IMG/VR virus record: IMGVR_UViG_3300034357_000535
Span: 1 to 25,852 of that record
Strand: one strand, 5' to 3'
Length of the DNA: 25,852 bases
From: a virus
Lineage: Duplodnaviria; Caudoviricetes
The notes beneath the pieces were generated by a model. The model ran no database searches, had not been told where the DNA came from, and saw only the letters and a program-made list of their open reading frames with translations. This document shows, in pieces, positions 1 to 9,072 of the stretch. Every line of letters starts with the position of its first letter. Within the stretch, counting starts at the first letter, position 1. The translations under genes and the position numbers were made by a program.

Positions 1-1
1 T

Positions 2-1267
2 AGGTTTAGTTTTGATACAGACTTTGCCGCTTACGCCGCAGGCACAGGTGCTTTTGTCCCTACGACTGCTATATCATTTAATCCTACAATATGGTCAGCG
101 CTTGATCCTAATGGCACAAGTCCAAATATTATTGATTTAGATCAACCTACAGGACAAATTATATCGACAGGAACGACTACAGTTGGCACAGGGCAAGTAG
201 CAATTAACAATACAAATGATGGCAGATTGATTGCATCATTAGATCAATTCCTAGATTTTGGTGGCGCACCGACATTTACAGGATCGGCGGCAACTATTAC
301 TGTGGACATTTATGGGCGTGTTGTAGGATTTACTAGCCCTGACGATTTCTTTATGACAATTGCAACATTTACTGCAACTTCAGCCCAAACTGTATTTTCA
401 GTAACAAGAGCATCATCTTATATTCAAGGTCAATGTTTAGTATTTAGAAATGGTTTATTACAAAATGAATCTTTATATACAGATACAGGTGGCGCTACAG
501 GCACAGTTACTTTTGGCACAGGCGTTACTTTAAACGACATTATTATTATTGTTTCATTTAGAGCTACATCAAGCGGCAATTATTATGATCCTACTCAATT
601 AACAGTTTCAACTGTAGGCGCATCAAGTATTGTTTGGGATATAGCTCAAATGCCGCAACAACTTATTAATACAGGCGATTTATTAACCTTTAGCAATACA
701 GGCACGCCAACAACTTACACAGTATCCACAGTTAATTATGGCACTCGCACTATTACATTTACAGGCGCTATAACGGCATCTATTGGCAATAAGGTTTATA
801 CTTATAGAGCTTCAGGATCAAGCTATCCTGTCATTAGTCGTTGGGAAGATGATTTAACTTCAGCTAATTCCTATACGCCTACGACATGGGCATTTCGTTC
901 AGGATATGAATTACCATTTATGAATGGCACAGTTGTTAATGAGCAAGACTTTGATATAGTAAGCAATTCAATTACAAATTTTCCTACCACAACTACAGGA
1001 AGATTGGTTATAATACAGTTTAGCGCCAATAATTTAACAACGCCTACAGGCACACCGCAAAATGTGGTTACATTTACAGTTAATGGGCAATTAACATATT
1101 CATTCCCATTTACGCCTAGCGCATTAAGCGTATATGCTAATGGAACTTTATTAAGACCAAGCGTTGATTATACTGAAGGCACGAATAATTATGTTTTAAC
1201 AACTGCTTACGATAATAATACAACAATTTTATTACAACAAACATTAGCTCGCGCAGGCGCGGCATAA
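2..1267 (+). CDS. Tail tip/baseplate-associated structural protein, C-terminal part (5'-truncated)
   Basis: The frame is open from position 2 (RFSFDTDFAAYAAGTG...), so the ORF-track start at 227 is not the true start. Thr/Ser/Gly-rich beta protein with repeated FTAT..QT.F...V(F/Y).NG....(D)Y modules typical of phage tail proteins. Confidence 0.7.
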   Translation, partial: RFSFDTDFAAYAAGTGAFVPTTAISFNPTIWSALDPNGTSPNIIDLDQPTGQIISTGTTTVGTGQVAINNTNDGRLIASLDQFLDFGGAPTFTGSAATITVDIYGRVVGFTSPDDFFMTIATFTATSAQTVFSVTRASSYIQGQCLVFRNGLLQNESLYTDTGGATGTVTFGTGVTLNDIIIIVSFRATSSGNYYDPTQLTVSTVGASSIVWDIAQMPQQLINTGDLLTFSNTGTPTTYTVSTVNYGTRTITFTGAITASIGNKVYTYRASGSSYPVISRWEDDLTSANSYTPTTWAFRSGYELPFMNGTVVNEQDFDIVSNSITNFPTTTTGRLVIIQFSANNLTTPTGTPQNVVTFTVNGQLTYSFPFTPSALSVYANGTLLRPSVDYTEGTNNYVLTTAYDNNTTILLQQTLARAGAA

Positions 1268-1277
1268 GGGGAAATAA

Positions 1278-2111
1278 ATGACACAAGCATTTAATTTAAG
1301 TCAATTTGCCAATAAGGTAAATTCATCAGGACTAGCAGATTTAACAACTGCCGTAACAGGAACTTTGCCTGTAGCTAATGGTGGCACTAATCAAACCACT
1401 TACACCAATGGTCAATTGCTTATTGGTAACACTACAGGAAACACTTTAACTAAATCAACATTAACTGCTGGCGCAGGCGTTACAATTACTAATGGAAGTG
1501 GTGCAATTACTATTTCTACCTCTCAAGGTCAATTACAAACGGAATTATTTACAGGGCCAGGCACTTGGACTTGTCCTTCAACAACAACTCAAGTAAGAGT
1601 AACTGTAATTGGTGGTGGAGCTGGTGCTGGAAAATTTAATCCAAGTGGTAGCATACCAGGAAAGGCTGGTGGTGCTGGTGGCCTTGCAATAGCAAATGTG
1701 CCTGTTTCTGCTCCAGTAACAATTACTGTTGGAGCAGGTGGAGTTGGGGCAACTGGTGGTGGTTCGGGAACATCAGGCGCTACAAGTTCTTTTGGCCCTT
1801 TTGTTTCAGCAACAGGCGGCGCAGGTGGGGGTGGCCCAGCCATTGGTGCTAATGGAGCTGGGACTGTTTCAACAGGCACAGTTTTAAGAACTAGCATTGC
1901 ATGGATTCCAAGTTCACCAAGCCCTCAAACTACAATAGGAACGGGAATATGGGGTGGAACTTCTAGACTTCTAAACGAACCAACAGCAATAGCTTTTTCA
2001 ACAACAGGAAATTATGCCACAGGTTCAACAGGTGCAGTTCAGGGTGGGCCTGGTCCTACGACATCAGGTGGCGGAGTAGGTGGCATAGTTTTAGTAGAAT
2101 ATATATCTTAA
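1278..2111 (+). CDS. Short tail fibre with glycine-rich C-terminal domain
   Basis: N-terminal GTLPVANGGT and GQLLIGN fibre motifs; C-terminal FTGPGTWTCP...VTVIGGGAG...GGIVLVEY glycine-rich domain; SD AAGGGG. Confidence 0.75.
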   Translation: MTQAFNLSQFANKVNSSGLADLTTAVTGTLPVANGGTNQTTYTNGQLLIGNTTGNTLTKSTLTAGAGVTITNGSGAITISTSQGQLQTELFTGPGTWTCPSTTTQVRVTVIGGGAGAGKFNPSGSIPGKAGGAGGLAIANVPVSAPVTITVGAGGVGATGGGSGTSGATSSFGPFVSATGGAGGGGPAIGANGAGTVSTGTVLRTSIAWIPSSPSPQTTIGTGIWGGTSRLLNEPTAIAFSTTGNYATGSTGAVQGGPGPTTSGGGVGGIVLVEYIS

Positions 2112-2125
2112 GAAAGGAAAATAAT

Positions 2126-2371
2126 ATGAAAAATGCTTTAATAAGTCCTAATGAAAAAATATATTTTGATAATGCTGAAATAGGTGAAAGAATTGCACAA
2201 GTTGAACCTGATGGTCAAACTTTTGAAGTAGCTTTACCTTTATATTGGATGCTTTGTGAAGATGATGTAATGGCTGATATTTATTATCTTGCTAATAATG
2301 GATCAATACAATTAAATCCAAATTATTCTCAACCTGATGAGGTAACAGACGCACTAAAAGAATTAACATAA
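2126..2371 (+). CDS. Small acidic protein, possible tail fibre accessory/chaperone
   Basis: 81 aa directly after the Gly-rich fibre; SD AAGGA. Function inferred from position only. Confidence 0.5.
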   Translation: MKNALISPNEKIYFDNAEIGERIAQVEPDGQTFEVALPLYWMLCEDDVMADIYYLANNGSIQLNPNYSQPDEVTDALKELT

Positions 2372-2380
2372 GGATAAGAT

Positions 2381-3520
2381 ATGAATACAATACAAGAGTT
2401 TCAAAATAAAGGATATGTTCATCTTAAAAGCGCATTAGATAAACAATCTTGTGAAATTTTAACTAATGAATTAAAAACATTAGTAAAAGCAAAAAAAACA
2501 ATAAAAGATTCTCAATGCCCATTATCTGAAGCGGTGCATGGCGCTCAAATATTTGATAACCTACTTGAAGCTATGTTGCCTTATTTTGAGCAACAATTAG
2601 GTTTAAAACTTTACCCTACTTATTCTTATGCTCGCCTTTATAATCAACAAGGTGAAGAATTAAAAAATCATAGAGATAGACCAGCTTGCGAAATATCTGC
2701 CACCATTACATTAGGATTTGAAGGTGATGTTTGGTCAATTTATATGGGCGATGATGAAGATAAAACGCTTAATGTAAATAAAATAGATATGGAAATAGGC
2801 GATGCCGTTATGTATCGTGGTATGGATAAATGGCATTGGCGTGAACCTTACTTTGAGGGAAAATGGCAAGCTCAAGTATTTTTACATTATGTTGATCAAA
2901 ATGGCCCACACGCTGAATGGAAATATGATAAGCGTGAATCATTAGGTATTAGTAAAACTATTCAAAATGAAATACAATCTTTTGATGAATGTTATAAAAT
3001 AGATAATGCAATTTCTGAAGGTTTTTGTAAAAAACTTATTGAAGAATATGCAAAGTCTGAAGTAGAAAAGTTACCGCCTGTTATTGGGGGTGGGGAAGGA
3101 TCAATAAATTTAGATATTCGTAATGTTCAAAGATTGCAATTACCTTTATTTGCTGGCATTGGTGCAACTTTAACTTCTATTGGATTACAAGTTAATCATC
3201 AAGTATGGCAATATCATATTACGCATTCTAATCAATCAGAATTTTTAATGTATGATATCAAAGGTAAATATGAAACTCATACTGATACTTTTCATGCAAG
3301 ATCAAACGAAACTAGAAAATTAACTGTGTTAGCATTTTTAAATGATGATTTTGAAGGCGGTAAGTTTTACATACAAAATAGCCATGAAAGAATGTATCCA
3401 CAACAAACGCCTGGCACAGTTTTAGTATTTCCTTCATTTATGCCACATGGCGTTGAGCCTGTAACAAAAGGCATAAGATATTCTATAGTTACATGGATGG
3501 TGGGTGAATATTTTAAATAA
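2381..3520 (+). CDS. Tandem two-domain 2OG-Fe(II) oxygenase (prolyl-hydroxylase-like)
   Basis: Domain 1: HRD...HWRE...QVFLHY. Domain 2: HTD...RKLT...FEGG...HGVEPVTKGIRYSIVTW. Each has an HxD...H facial triad. Confidence 0.85.
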   Translation: MNTIQEFQNKGYVHLKSALDKQSCEILTNELKTLVKAKKTIKDSQCPLSEAVHGAQIFDNLLEAMLPYFEQQLGLKLYPTYSYARLYNQQGEELKNHRDRPACEISATITLGFEGDVWSIYMGDDEDKTLNVNKIDMEIGDAVMYRGMDKWHWREPYFEGKWQAQVFLHYVDQNGPHAEWKYDKRESLGISKTIQNEIQSFDECYKIDNAISEGFCKKLIEEYAKSEVEKLPPVIGGGEGSINLDIRNVQRLQLPLFAGIGATLTSIGLQVNHQVWQYHITHSNQSEFLMYDIKGKYETHTDTFHARSNETRKLTVLAFLNDDFEGGKFYIQNSHERMYPQQTPGTVLVFPSFMPHGVEPVTKGIRYSIVTWMVGEYFK

Positions 3521-3558
3521 TTATGGTAGAATAACCTATCTAACAAGATAAGACCATT

Positions 3559-3583
3559 CGCCTTCTGTAAGCATATAGGGGCG
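3559..3583 (+). other. Intergenic stem-loop
   Basis: CGCCT(T)CTGTA-AGCA-TATAGGGGCG pairs with G-U wobbles and one bulge. No U-tract follows. Confidence 0.35.
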
Positions 3584-3605
3584 TTAATTACCTAGTGAGG
3601 AAAAC

Positions 3606-4085
3606 ATGGCTATCTTTAATAAAAACACCCTTCAACAAGTGTCGGGCTTTGATAATGAAATCATTGCTGGCGAACTTGTTTATAACCAACAAACCTTTTG
3701 GAATTTAGCATTTAATACAGACGGCACACCTGTTAATCTTACAGGTGCTACTATTGATGCTTCTATTATTCGCAGACAATTATCTAATATCCGAGATAGT
3801 CGTTATGGTCTTACTTTTGATATTGCTGATTACTCACCGCCACCTTCCGCAGTGCCACTTACTATTACTAACAGAGTTAATGCTAACGGAACATTTACGC
3901 TTGTAATTGATGAGGGCGCATGGGGTGTTATAGCATCTGATTCTCAATTAGATATTAATGCTGAAGTTTGTGTAGGCTTTTCAGGTCGCATTAAAATTTC
4001 ATTTCCAGCCGTAGGAACAACACCTGCTCAAGATATGATTATCTTTTTATTATTCTTGGTTCGTTCTGATGGTGTAATAAACTAA
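3606..4085 (+). CDS. Structural protein, BppU-N-like adaptor
   Basis: PVNLTGATI...GTFTLVI pattern resembles BppU N-terminal Ig-like domains; SD GAGG; 1 nt from the fibre gene. Confidence 0.5.
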   Translation: MAIFNKNTLQQVSGFDNEIIAGELVYNQQTFWNLAFNTDGTPVNLTGATIDASIIRRQLSNIRDSRYGLTFDIADYSPPPSAVPLTITNRVNANGTFTLVIDEGAWGVIASDSQLDINAEVCVGFSGRIKISFPAVGTTPAQDMIIFLLFLVRSDGVIN

Positions 4086-4086
4086 T

Positions 4087-6834
4087 ATGGCTAATTATTC
4101 TATTGATGTTATTGACAGTAATAATATAACTGTTGAAGTAACACCTACTGCTACTACTGAAATTACTATTGATCGTGGTGTTACAGGCGCATCAGGCATA
4201 TCGGGCTATTCAGGTTTTTCAGGTTACAGTGGAGCAACTGGAGCTGGAACTTCAGGTGTATCAGGCTATAGTGGTTATAGCGGAGCTAGCGGATTTTCAG
4301 GAGCGCAAGGTGCTTCAGGGTTTAGCGGACAATCAGGTTATAGCGGAACTAACGGAGCTAGTGGTATTAGCGGATATAGTGGCGCTAATGGTGCTTCAGG
4401 GTTATCAGGTTTTTCAGGCATATCAGGTTGGTCAGGATTTAGCGGTATCAATGGATTAAGTGGCTATAGTGGCATCAATGGATTTAGCGGAATATCAGGT
4501 TATTCAGGCTATAGTGGCGCGGTAGGTTCTCAAGGAACATCAGGTTTTAGTGGTTATAGCGGTGCAGTTGGAGCTTCAGGCGCATCAGGTATAAGTGGAT
4601 GGTCAGGCATTAGTGGAACTAATGGAGCTTCAGGTATTAGCGGATTTAGTGGCTATAGTGGCTATAGTGGAAGTGGAATAAGCGGTTGGTCAGGCGCTAT
4701 AGGAGCATCAGGAACATCAGGTTATAGTGGCGCTAACGGAACTAACGGCGATTCAGGAATTAGTGGCTTTAGTGGATATTCAGGCACATCAGGCTTTTCG
4801 GGTTTTAGTGGCGTTAATGGATTAAGTGGATATTCAGGAATAAATGGTTCTTCAGGGCTATCAGGTTTTAGTGGCTTTAGTGGACAAGTTGGTCTATCAG
4901 GTTTTAGTGGAGCTACAGGCGCACAAGGCACAAGTGGTTTTAGTGGATTTAGTGGAATTAGTGGTGTCAATGGCGCAAGCGGAACAAGCGGATTTAGTGG
5001 TTATTCAGGAATAAATGGATCAAGCGGAATATCAGGCTTTAGCGGTATTAATGGTTTAAGTGGTTATAGCGGAATTAATGGTGCTACAGGTGCATCAGGT
5101 TTATCAGGATATAGTGGCTTTAGCGGCGCAATAGGTATATCGGGCTTTAGTGGAATTTCAGGATATAGTGGAATATCAGGAGCTAATGGCGCAAACGGAG
5201 CGTCAGGAACTTCAGGCTATTCAGGTTATTCAGGTGCTACAGGCGCACAAGGTCAATCATCAAGTTTCTTTGAATATCATGCTCACACAGGATCAACTTC
5301 AGGCTATCCAGGCGATGGCGCGGTTATTTGGAACAATGCAACTCAAGTTAGTGCTACTCAAATTAATGTTAGTCATCTGACTGATAGTAATGTTGATATT
5401 GATATTTTCTTATCTAGCTTGCAACCAAGTGAAACTTTTGTTCTTCAAGATAGAACTGCAAGTGCAAATAATCAATATTGGTTAATTACAGGTGCTACAA
5501 CAAATATTAATGGCGGAACTTCCACTAGCTACTGGACTATTCCTGTAAGTTTAATTTCTTCAGAGGGAACAGGCACTACTGGATTTTCAAACAATCATAA
5601 TTTATTTTTAGCAATTGTTAATGGCGTATCAGGATATTCAGGATATAGTGGATACAGTGGATTTAGCGGTTTTAGTGGCGCACAAGGAACTAGCGGATTT
5701 TCAGGATATAGTGGAGCAGTCGGGGCTTCAGGCACTAGCGGTTACAGTGGCTATTCAGGATCGGGCATTAGTGGATATTCAGGTGCATCAGGTATTTCAG
5801 GATATAGTGGCATAAATGGCGCGTCAGGCATTAGTGGTTTTAGTGGAACTAATGGAACAAATGGTGATAGTGGCTTTAGTGGTTTTAGCGGTGCGGTAGG
5901 CACTAGCGGATTTAGCGGATATAGTGGGGCGGTAGGCACAAGTGGCTTTAGTGGTATAAGCGGATATTCAGGAACAAATGGAACTAACGGAGCTTCAGGC
6001 ATATCAGGTTACAGTGGATTTAGTGGCGCAGTAGGTCTTTCAGGATTTAGTGGTATCAACGGAGCATCAGGTATCAGTGGTTTTAGTGGGGCTAATGGCA
6101 CTAATGGAGCATCGGGCATTAGTGGCTATTCAGGATTTTCAGGTAGTGGCATTAGTGGCTTTTCAGGATTTAGCGGAATATCAGGTTTTTCAGGAACTAA
6201 CGGCACGAATGGAGCTAGTGGTATATCAGGCTATTCAGGTTTTTCAGGCAGTGGAATAAGCGGTTATAGTGGGTTTAGCGGAAGTGGTATTAGCGGATTC
6301 AGTGGATTTAGCGGAACTAATGGTTCTAACGGAGCTTCAGGTATAAGTGGTTATTCAGGTTTTAGTGGATCAGGTATTTCAGGATATTCAGGTTTTAGTG
6401 GACTGCAAGGATTATCAGGCTATAGCGGTATCAACGGAACTTCAGGCATTAGCGGCTTTAGTGGAGCTAATGGTGCTAGTGGTTTTAGTGGATTTAGTGG
6501 CGCAGTTGGAACAAGCGGATTTTCAGGAATTAGTGGATTTAGTGGTATAAGCGGATATTCAGGAAGTGGCGTATCAGGCTTTTCAGGATTTTCAGGCTAT
6601 AGCGGAAGTGCGCCTAGCATTACAAGTAAAATGATTTATGATACATTTACTGCAACCGCATCTCAAACTACATTTACCACATCAACTACTTACACTTCAG
6701 GCAAAATAGAAGTGTTTGTAAATGGTGTAAAATATAGAAACGCAACTGATGTAACTGTAACTTCAGGCACTTCAGTTGTTATGGCTACAGGATTAACATT
6801 AAATGATTTAGTTGATTTAGTATATCCAATTTAA
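4087..6834 (+). CDS. Collagen-like Gly-X-Ser repeat fibre protein (915 aa)
   Basis: Two long G-X-Y tracts dominated by GYS/GFS/GIS/GAS/GTS, split by a ~120-aa globular domain; C-terminal FTATASQTTF...VFVNGV module. Confidence 0.8.
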   Translation: MANYSIDVIDSNNITVEVTPTATTEITIDRGVTGASGISGYSGFSGYSGATGAGTSGVSGYSGYSGASGFSGAQGASGFSGQSGYSGTNGASGISGYSGANGASGLSGFSGISGWSGFSGINGLSGYSGINGFSGISGYSGYSGAVGSQGTSGFSGYSGAVGASGASGISGWSGISGTNGASGISGFSGYSGYSGSGISGWSGAIGASGTSGYSGANGTNGDSGISGFSGYSGTSGFSGFSGVNGLSGYSGINGSSGLSGFSGFSGQVGLSGFSGATGAQGTSGFSGFSGISGVNGASGTSGFSGYSGINGSSGISGFSGINGLSGYSGINGATGASGLSGYSGFSGAIGISGFSGISGYSGISGANGANGASGTSGYSGYSGATGAQGQSSSFFEYHAHTGSTSGYPGDGAVIWNNATQVSATQINVSHLTDSNVDIDIFLSSLQPSETFVLQDRTASANNQYWLITGATTNINGGTSTSYWTIPVSLISSEGTGTTGFSNNHNLFLAIVNGVSGYSGYSGYSGFSGFSGAQGTSGFSGYSGAVGASGTSGYSGYSGSGISGYSGASGISGYSGINGASGISGFSGTNGTNGDSGFSGFSGAVGTSGFSGYSGAVGTSGFSGISGYSGTNGTNGASGISGYSGFSGAVGLSGFSGINGASGISGFSGANGTNGASGISGYSGFSGSGISGFSGFSGISGFSGTNGTNGASGISGYSGFSGSGISGYSGFSGSGISGFSGFSGTNGSNGASGISGYSGFSGSGISGYSGFSGLQGLSGYSGINGTSGISGFSGANGASGFSGFSGAVGTSGFSGISGFSGISGYSGSGVSGFSGFSGYSGSAPSITSKMIYDTFTATASQTTFTTSTTYTSGKIEVFVNGVKYRNATDVTVTSGTSVVMATGLTLNDLVDLVYPI
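4177..5259 (+). repeat. Gly-X-Ser triplet tract 1 (~360 aa)
   Basis: Gly every third residue with occasional GSG/GAG interruptions; synonymous codons are diversified. Confidence 0.9.
5623..6609 (+). repeat. Gly-X-Ser triplet tract 2 (~330 aa)
   Basis: Same pattern, with recurring blocks such as GTNGASGISGYSGFSGSGISG. Confidence 0.9.
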
Positions 6835-6843
6835 AGGATTAAT

Positions 6844-7485
6844 ATGGACAAGATAACACAAGATGCTTTGGCATACTTTAAGAAGCATGATCCAAATCAT
6901 TATAGATTTTTACTTACAAATAATTATGAGCGAGCGGTTTTTCTTAAAGGCGATCCCGTTTATCCTAGAGAAGCCACTCGTTATTTATGGGCTAATCGCA
7001 ATCTAAAAGAAAACTTACTTGGACAAAATGTCCTTGAAATAGGTTGCTCTACAGGTTACGGCTCTCAATTCCTTCCAAACAATATTAATTATATGGGATT
7101 AGATTACGATCCTCTTATTATAGAGGTCGCACGCGAACAGGAATGGGGCTTAAACGCATCTTTTACTAACGCTGATATTAACACCTATCCTTTAGCACAA
7201 TACGACACCATAATCGCTTTTGAATTGATTGAGCATCTTGATAACGGACTTGAGATAGCTCAAATGCTAAAGAATCATTGCAGACGACTTCTTCTTACCA
7301 CTCCGCATAATGAGCCTAAAGGTTTTTGGGGCGAACATCATAAGCTTCATGGCTTAAATGAATCACATTTTCCTGACTTTCAATACAACTATATTAATGA
7401 GCATGGTTATATTTCAGAAACCTTACCTGAAATTAATAATGTCAATAAATTTAACCTTATGATTATGCGGTGGGATCGTGGATAA
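6844..7485 (+). CDS. Class I SAM-dependent methyltransferase
   Basis: Motif I VLEIGCSTGYG, acidic GLD, YDTIIAFELIEHL and LLTTP, typical of small-molecule/glycan methyltransferases. Confidence 0.85.
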   Translation: MDKITQDALAYFKKHDPNHYRFLLTNNYERAVFLKGDPVYPREATRYLWANRNLKENLLGQNVLEIGCSTGYGSQFLPNNINYMGLDYDPLIIEVAREQEWGLNASFTNADINTYPLAQYDTIIAFELIEHLDNGLEIAQMLKNHCRRLLLTTPHNEPKGFWGEHHKLHGLNESHFPDFQYNYINEHGYISETLPEINNVNKFNLMIMRWDRG

Positions 7486-8446
7486 AGTTCTTTGCTCGGT
7501 AGCAACTCGTGGTCGTTATCAAACTACTTTACCTTTAACGCTTAACGCTATAATTAATCAGACAAAAAAGGTTGATAAATTAGTTATCTTTGATGACAAT
7601 GATGAGCCACAAGATATGAGAAATGAGTTGGTGTATAGCTACTTTTTTCAAATGCTGGATATCAAAGGCATTCAATGGGAATGGGTTTATGCTCAAAAGA
7701 AAGGTCAGCATCATATTCATCAAATGGCTAACACTATGGGCTTTGATTGGGTATGGCGAGTTGATGATGATGCGATACCCGAACCCAATGTCTTACAAAC
7801 TTTATTTAATTACACAAGCAAAAAAGTAGGTGCAGTAGGTGGCTCAATACTAACACCGCCATTACAATTTGAAGGCTTTAAACCTACAGGCAAAATAGAA
7901 AATATAAATACAGAGCCTAACATTCAATGGTCATTTATTCACAAGGTCAAAGAAGTTGAGCATCTTCATTGTTCTTTTCTTTATCGCGCTGGAGTGCATG
8001 ATTACAATCTAGGCCTTTCAAGGGTAGCGCACCGAGAAGAAACTTTATTTACTTATGGATTATACCTAAAAGGATATACAATTCTTGCAGCTCCACATGC
8101 AAATACTTGGCATCTTAAAAACCCACAAGGTGGAATTAGATCAGAATCAAATCAACAACTATATCACCATGATGAATTAATCTTTAGAAACACTTTAGCT
8201 TATAAAGACAAAAAGATTGTAGTTTTAAATGTAGGTATGGGCGATCATATTGTATTTAAAAATGTATTGAAGGACATTACAAACGCTGAAGTATTTACTT
8301 GCTTTCCTGATATAGTTCCTGGAAGGCCAATATCTGAAGCTATGTCTTTATTTGGTGACATGGATCAATGGAGTATCTATAAGAAAATGGCTGAATGGAA
8401 TTGGACTGGTAGTTTAGAAAAAGCATTTAGAAAGCTATACCTATGA
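7478..8446 (+). CDS. GT2 (GT-A) glycosyltransferase fused to a GT9-like N-terminal segment
   Basis: VATRGR, IFDDND, RVDDDAIP (DxD), HREET; C-terminal VLNVGMGDHIVF resembles the GT9 G(L/I)GD motif; GTG start overlapping the methyltransferase. Confidence 0.8.
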   Translation: MDKVLCSVATRGRYQTTLPLTLNAIINQTKKVDKLVIFDDNDEPQDMRNELVYSYFFQMLDIKGIQWEWVYAQKKGQHHIHQMANTMGFDWVWRVDDDAIPEPNVLQTLFNYTSKKVGAVGGSILTPPLQFEGFKPTGKIENINTEPNIQWSFIHKVKEVEHLHCSFLYRAGVHDYNLGLSRVAHREETLFTYGLYLKGYTILAAPHANTWHLKNPQGGIRSESNQQLYHHDELIFRNTLAYKDKKIVVLNVGMGDHIVFKNVLKDITNAEVFTCFPDIVPGRPISEAMSLFGDMDQWSIYKKMAEWNWTGSLEKAFRKLYL

Positions 8447-8886
8447 TTATTATTAGCCCGTATTCTAAAGCTTTAAGAAATGGAAAAACCAATCCAAAGA
8501 ATTATCCTTACTGGAAGGAACTCATTAGACTAATTGATGAGCCAATAGTTCAAGTAGGCATAGAAGGTGAAGAACAATTAGTTGATGATTTTAGAAAGAA
8601 TTTATCACTAACAGAACTTGGAAGCCTTGTTGATCAATGCAGAACATGGATAAGCTGCGATTCTTTTTTTCAACATTTTTGTTGGGATCATAAAAAATAT
8701 GGTATAGTGCTATGGTCTGTTTCTGATCCTATAATATTTGGACATCCTGAAAATATTAATCTTCTAAAGGATCGGAACAATTTGGTTCAAAACCAATTCT
8801 TGTGGTGGGAACATACAGAACATGATGCAAATAAATTTGTTAGTCCTGAAATAGTGATAGAAAGTTTAAATGCAAAGTTCTCATGA
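8443..8886 (+). CDS. GT9 (heptosyltransferase-like) C-terminal domain
   Basis: IIISPYS...KNYPYW...VQVG...ISCDSFFQH...VLW pattern of the GT9 nucleotide-sugar-binding domain; ATGA overlap with the upstream gene. Confidence 0.75.
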   Translation: MIIISPYSKALRNGKTNPKNYPYWKELIRLIDEPIVQVGIEGEEQLVDDFRKNLSLTELGSLVDQCRTWISCDSFFQHFCWDHKKYGIVLWSVSDPIIFGHPENINLLKDRNNLVQNQFLWWEHTEHDANKFVSPEIVIESLNAKFS

Positions 8887-9058
8887 AACCATTGATGACA
8901 TATTCGATTTTCTACAAAATAAAACAATCAAAGATATTGGCTCTGATTATTACGATAATAAAAATTATTTGGTTATTTTATTATCTGATGGTTCTCTCTG
9001 TTATATATCTTCTAGCGGCGATTTGTTTATGGCTCTCGAGCGCCATCTCATTAATTAG
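8870..9058 (+). CDS. Hypothetical protein (62 aa)
   Basis: Fills the gap between neighbours; protein-like composition. Confidence 0.5.
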   Translation: MQSSHETIDDIFDFLQNKTIKDIGSDYYDNKNYLVILLSDGSLCYISSSGDLFMALERHLIN

Positions 9059-9072
9059 TAGAAAGAAATAAT

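Noticed and set aside
4169-6550. Alternative-frame and antisense ORFs inside the GXS fibre (e.g. Pro-Leu-Lys repeats)
   Set aside because: Shadows of the 9-nt repeat periodicity; no SD or independent coding signal.
4177-6609. Repeat tracts as a CRISPR array or DGR template/variable pair
   Set aside because: No constant repeat with unique spacers, no reverse transcriptase, and differences are synonymous rather than adenine-specific.
6844-7485. Methyltransferase as a DNA methyltransferase
   Set aside because: Lacks DPPY/NPPY or PC motifs; has the EHL motif of small-molecule/glycan methyltransferases.
8883-9071. Alternative 62-aa hydrophobic ORF overlapping 8870-9058
   Set aside because: Looks like an AT-rich off-frame product; cannot be fully excluded because it has an ATGA overlap.
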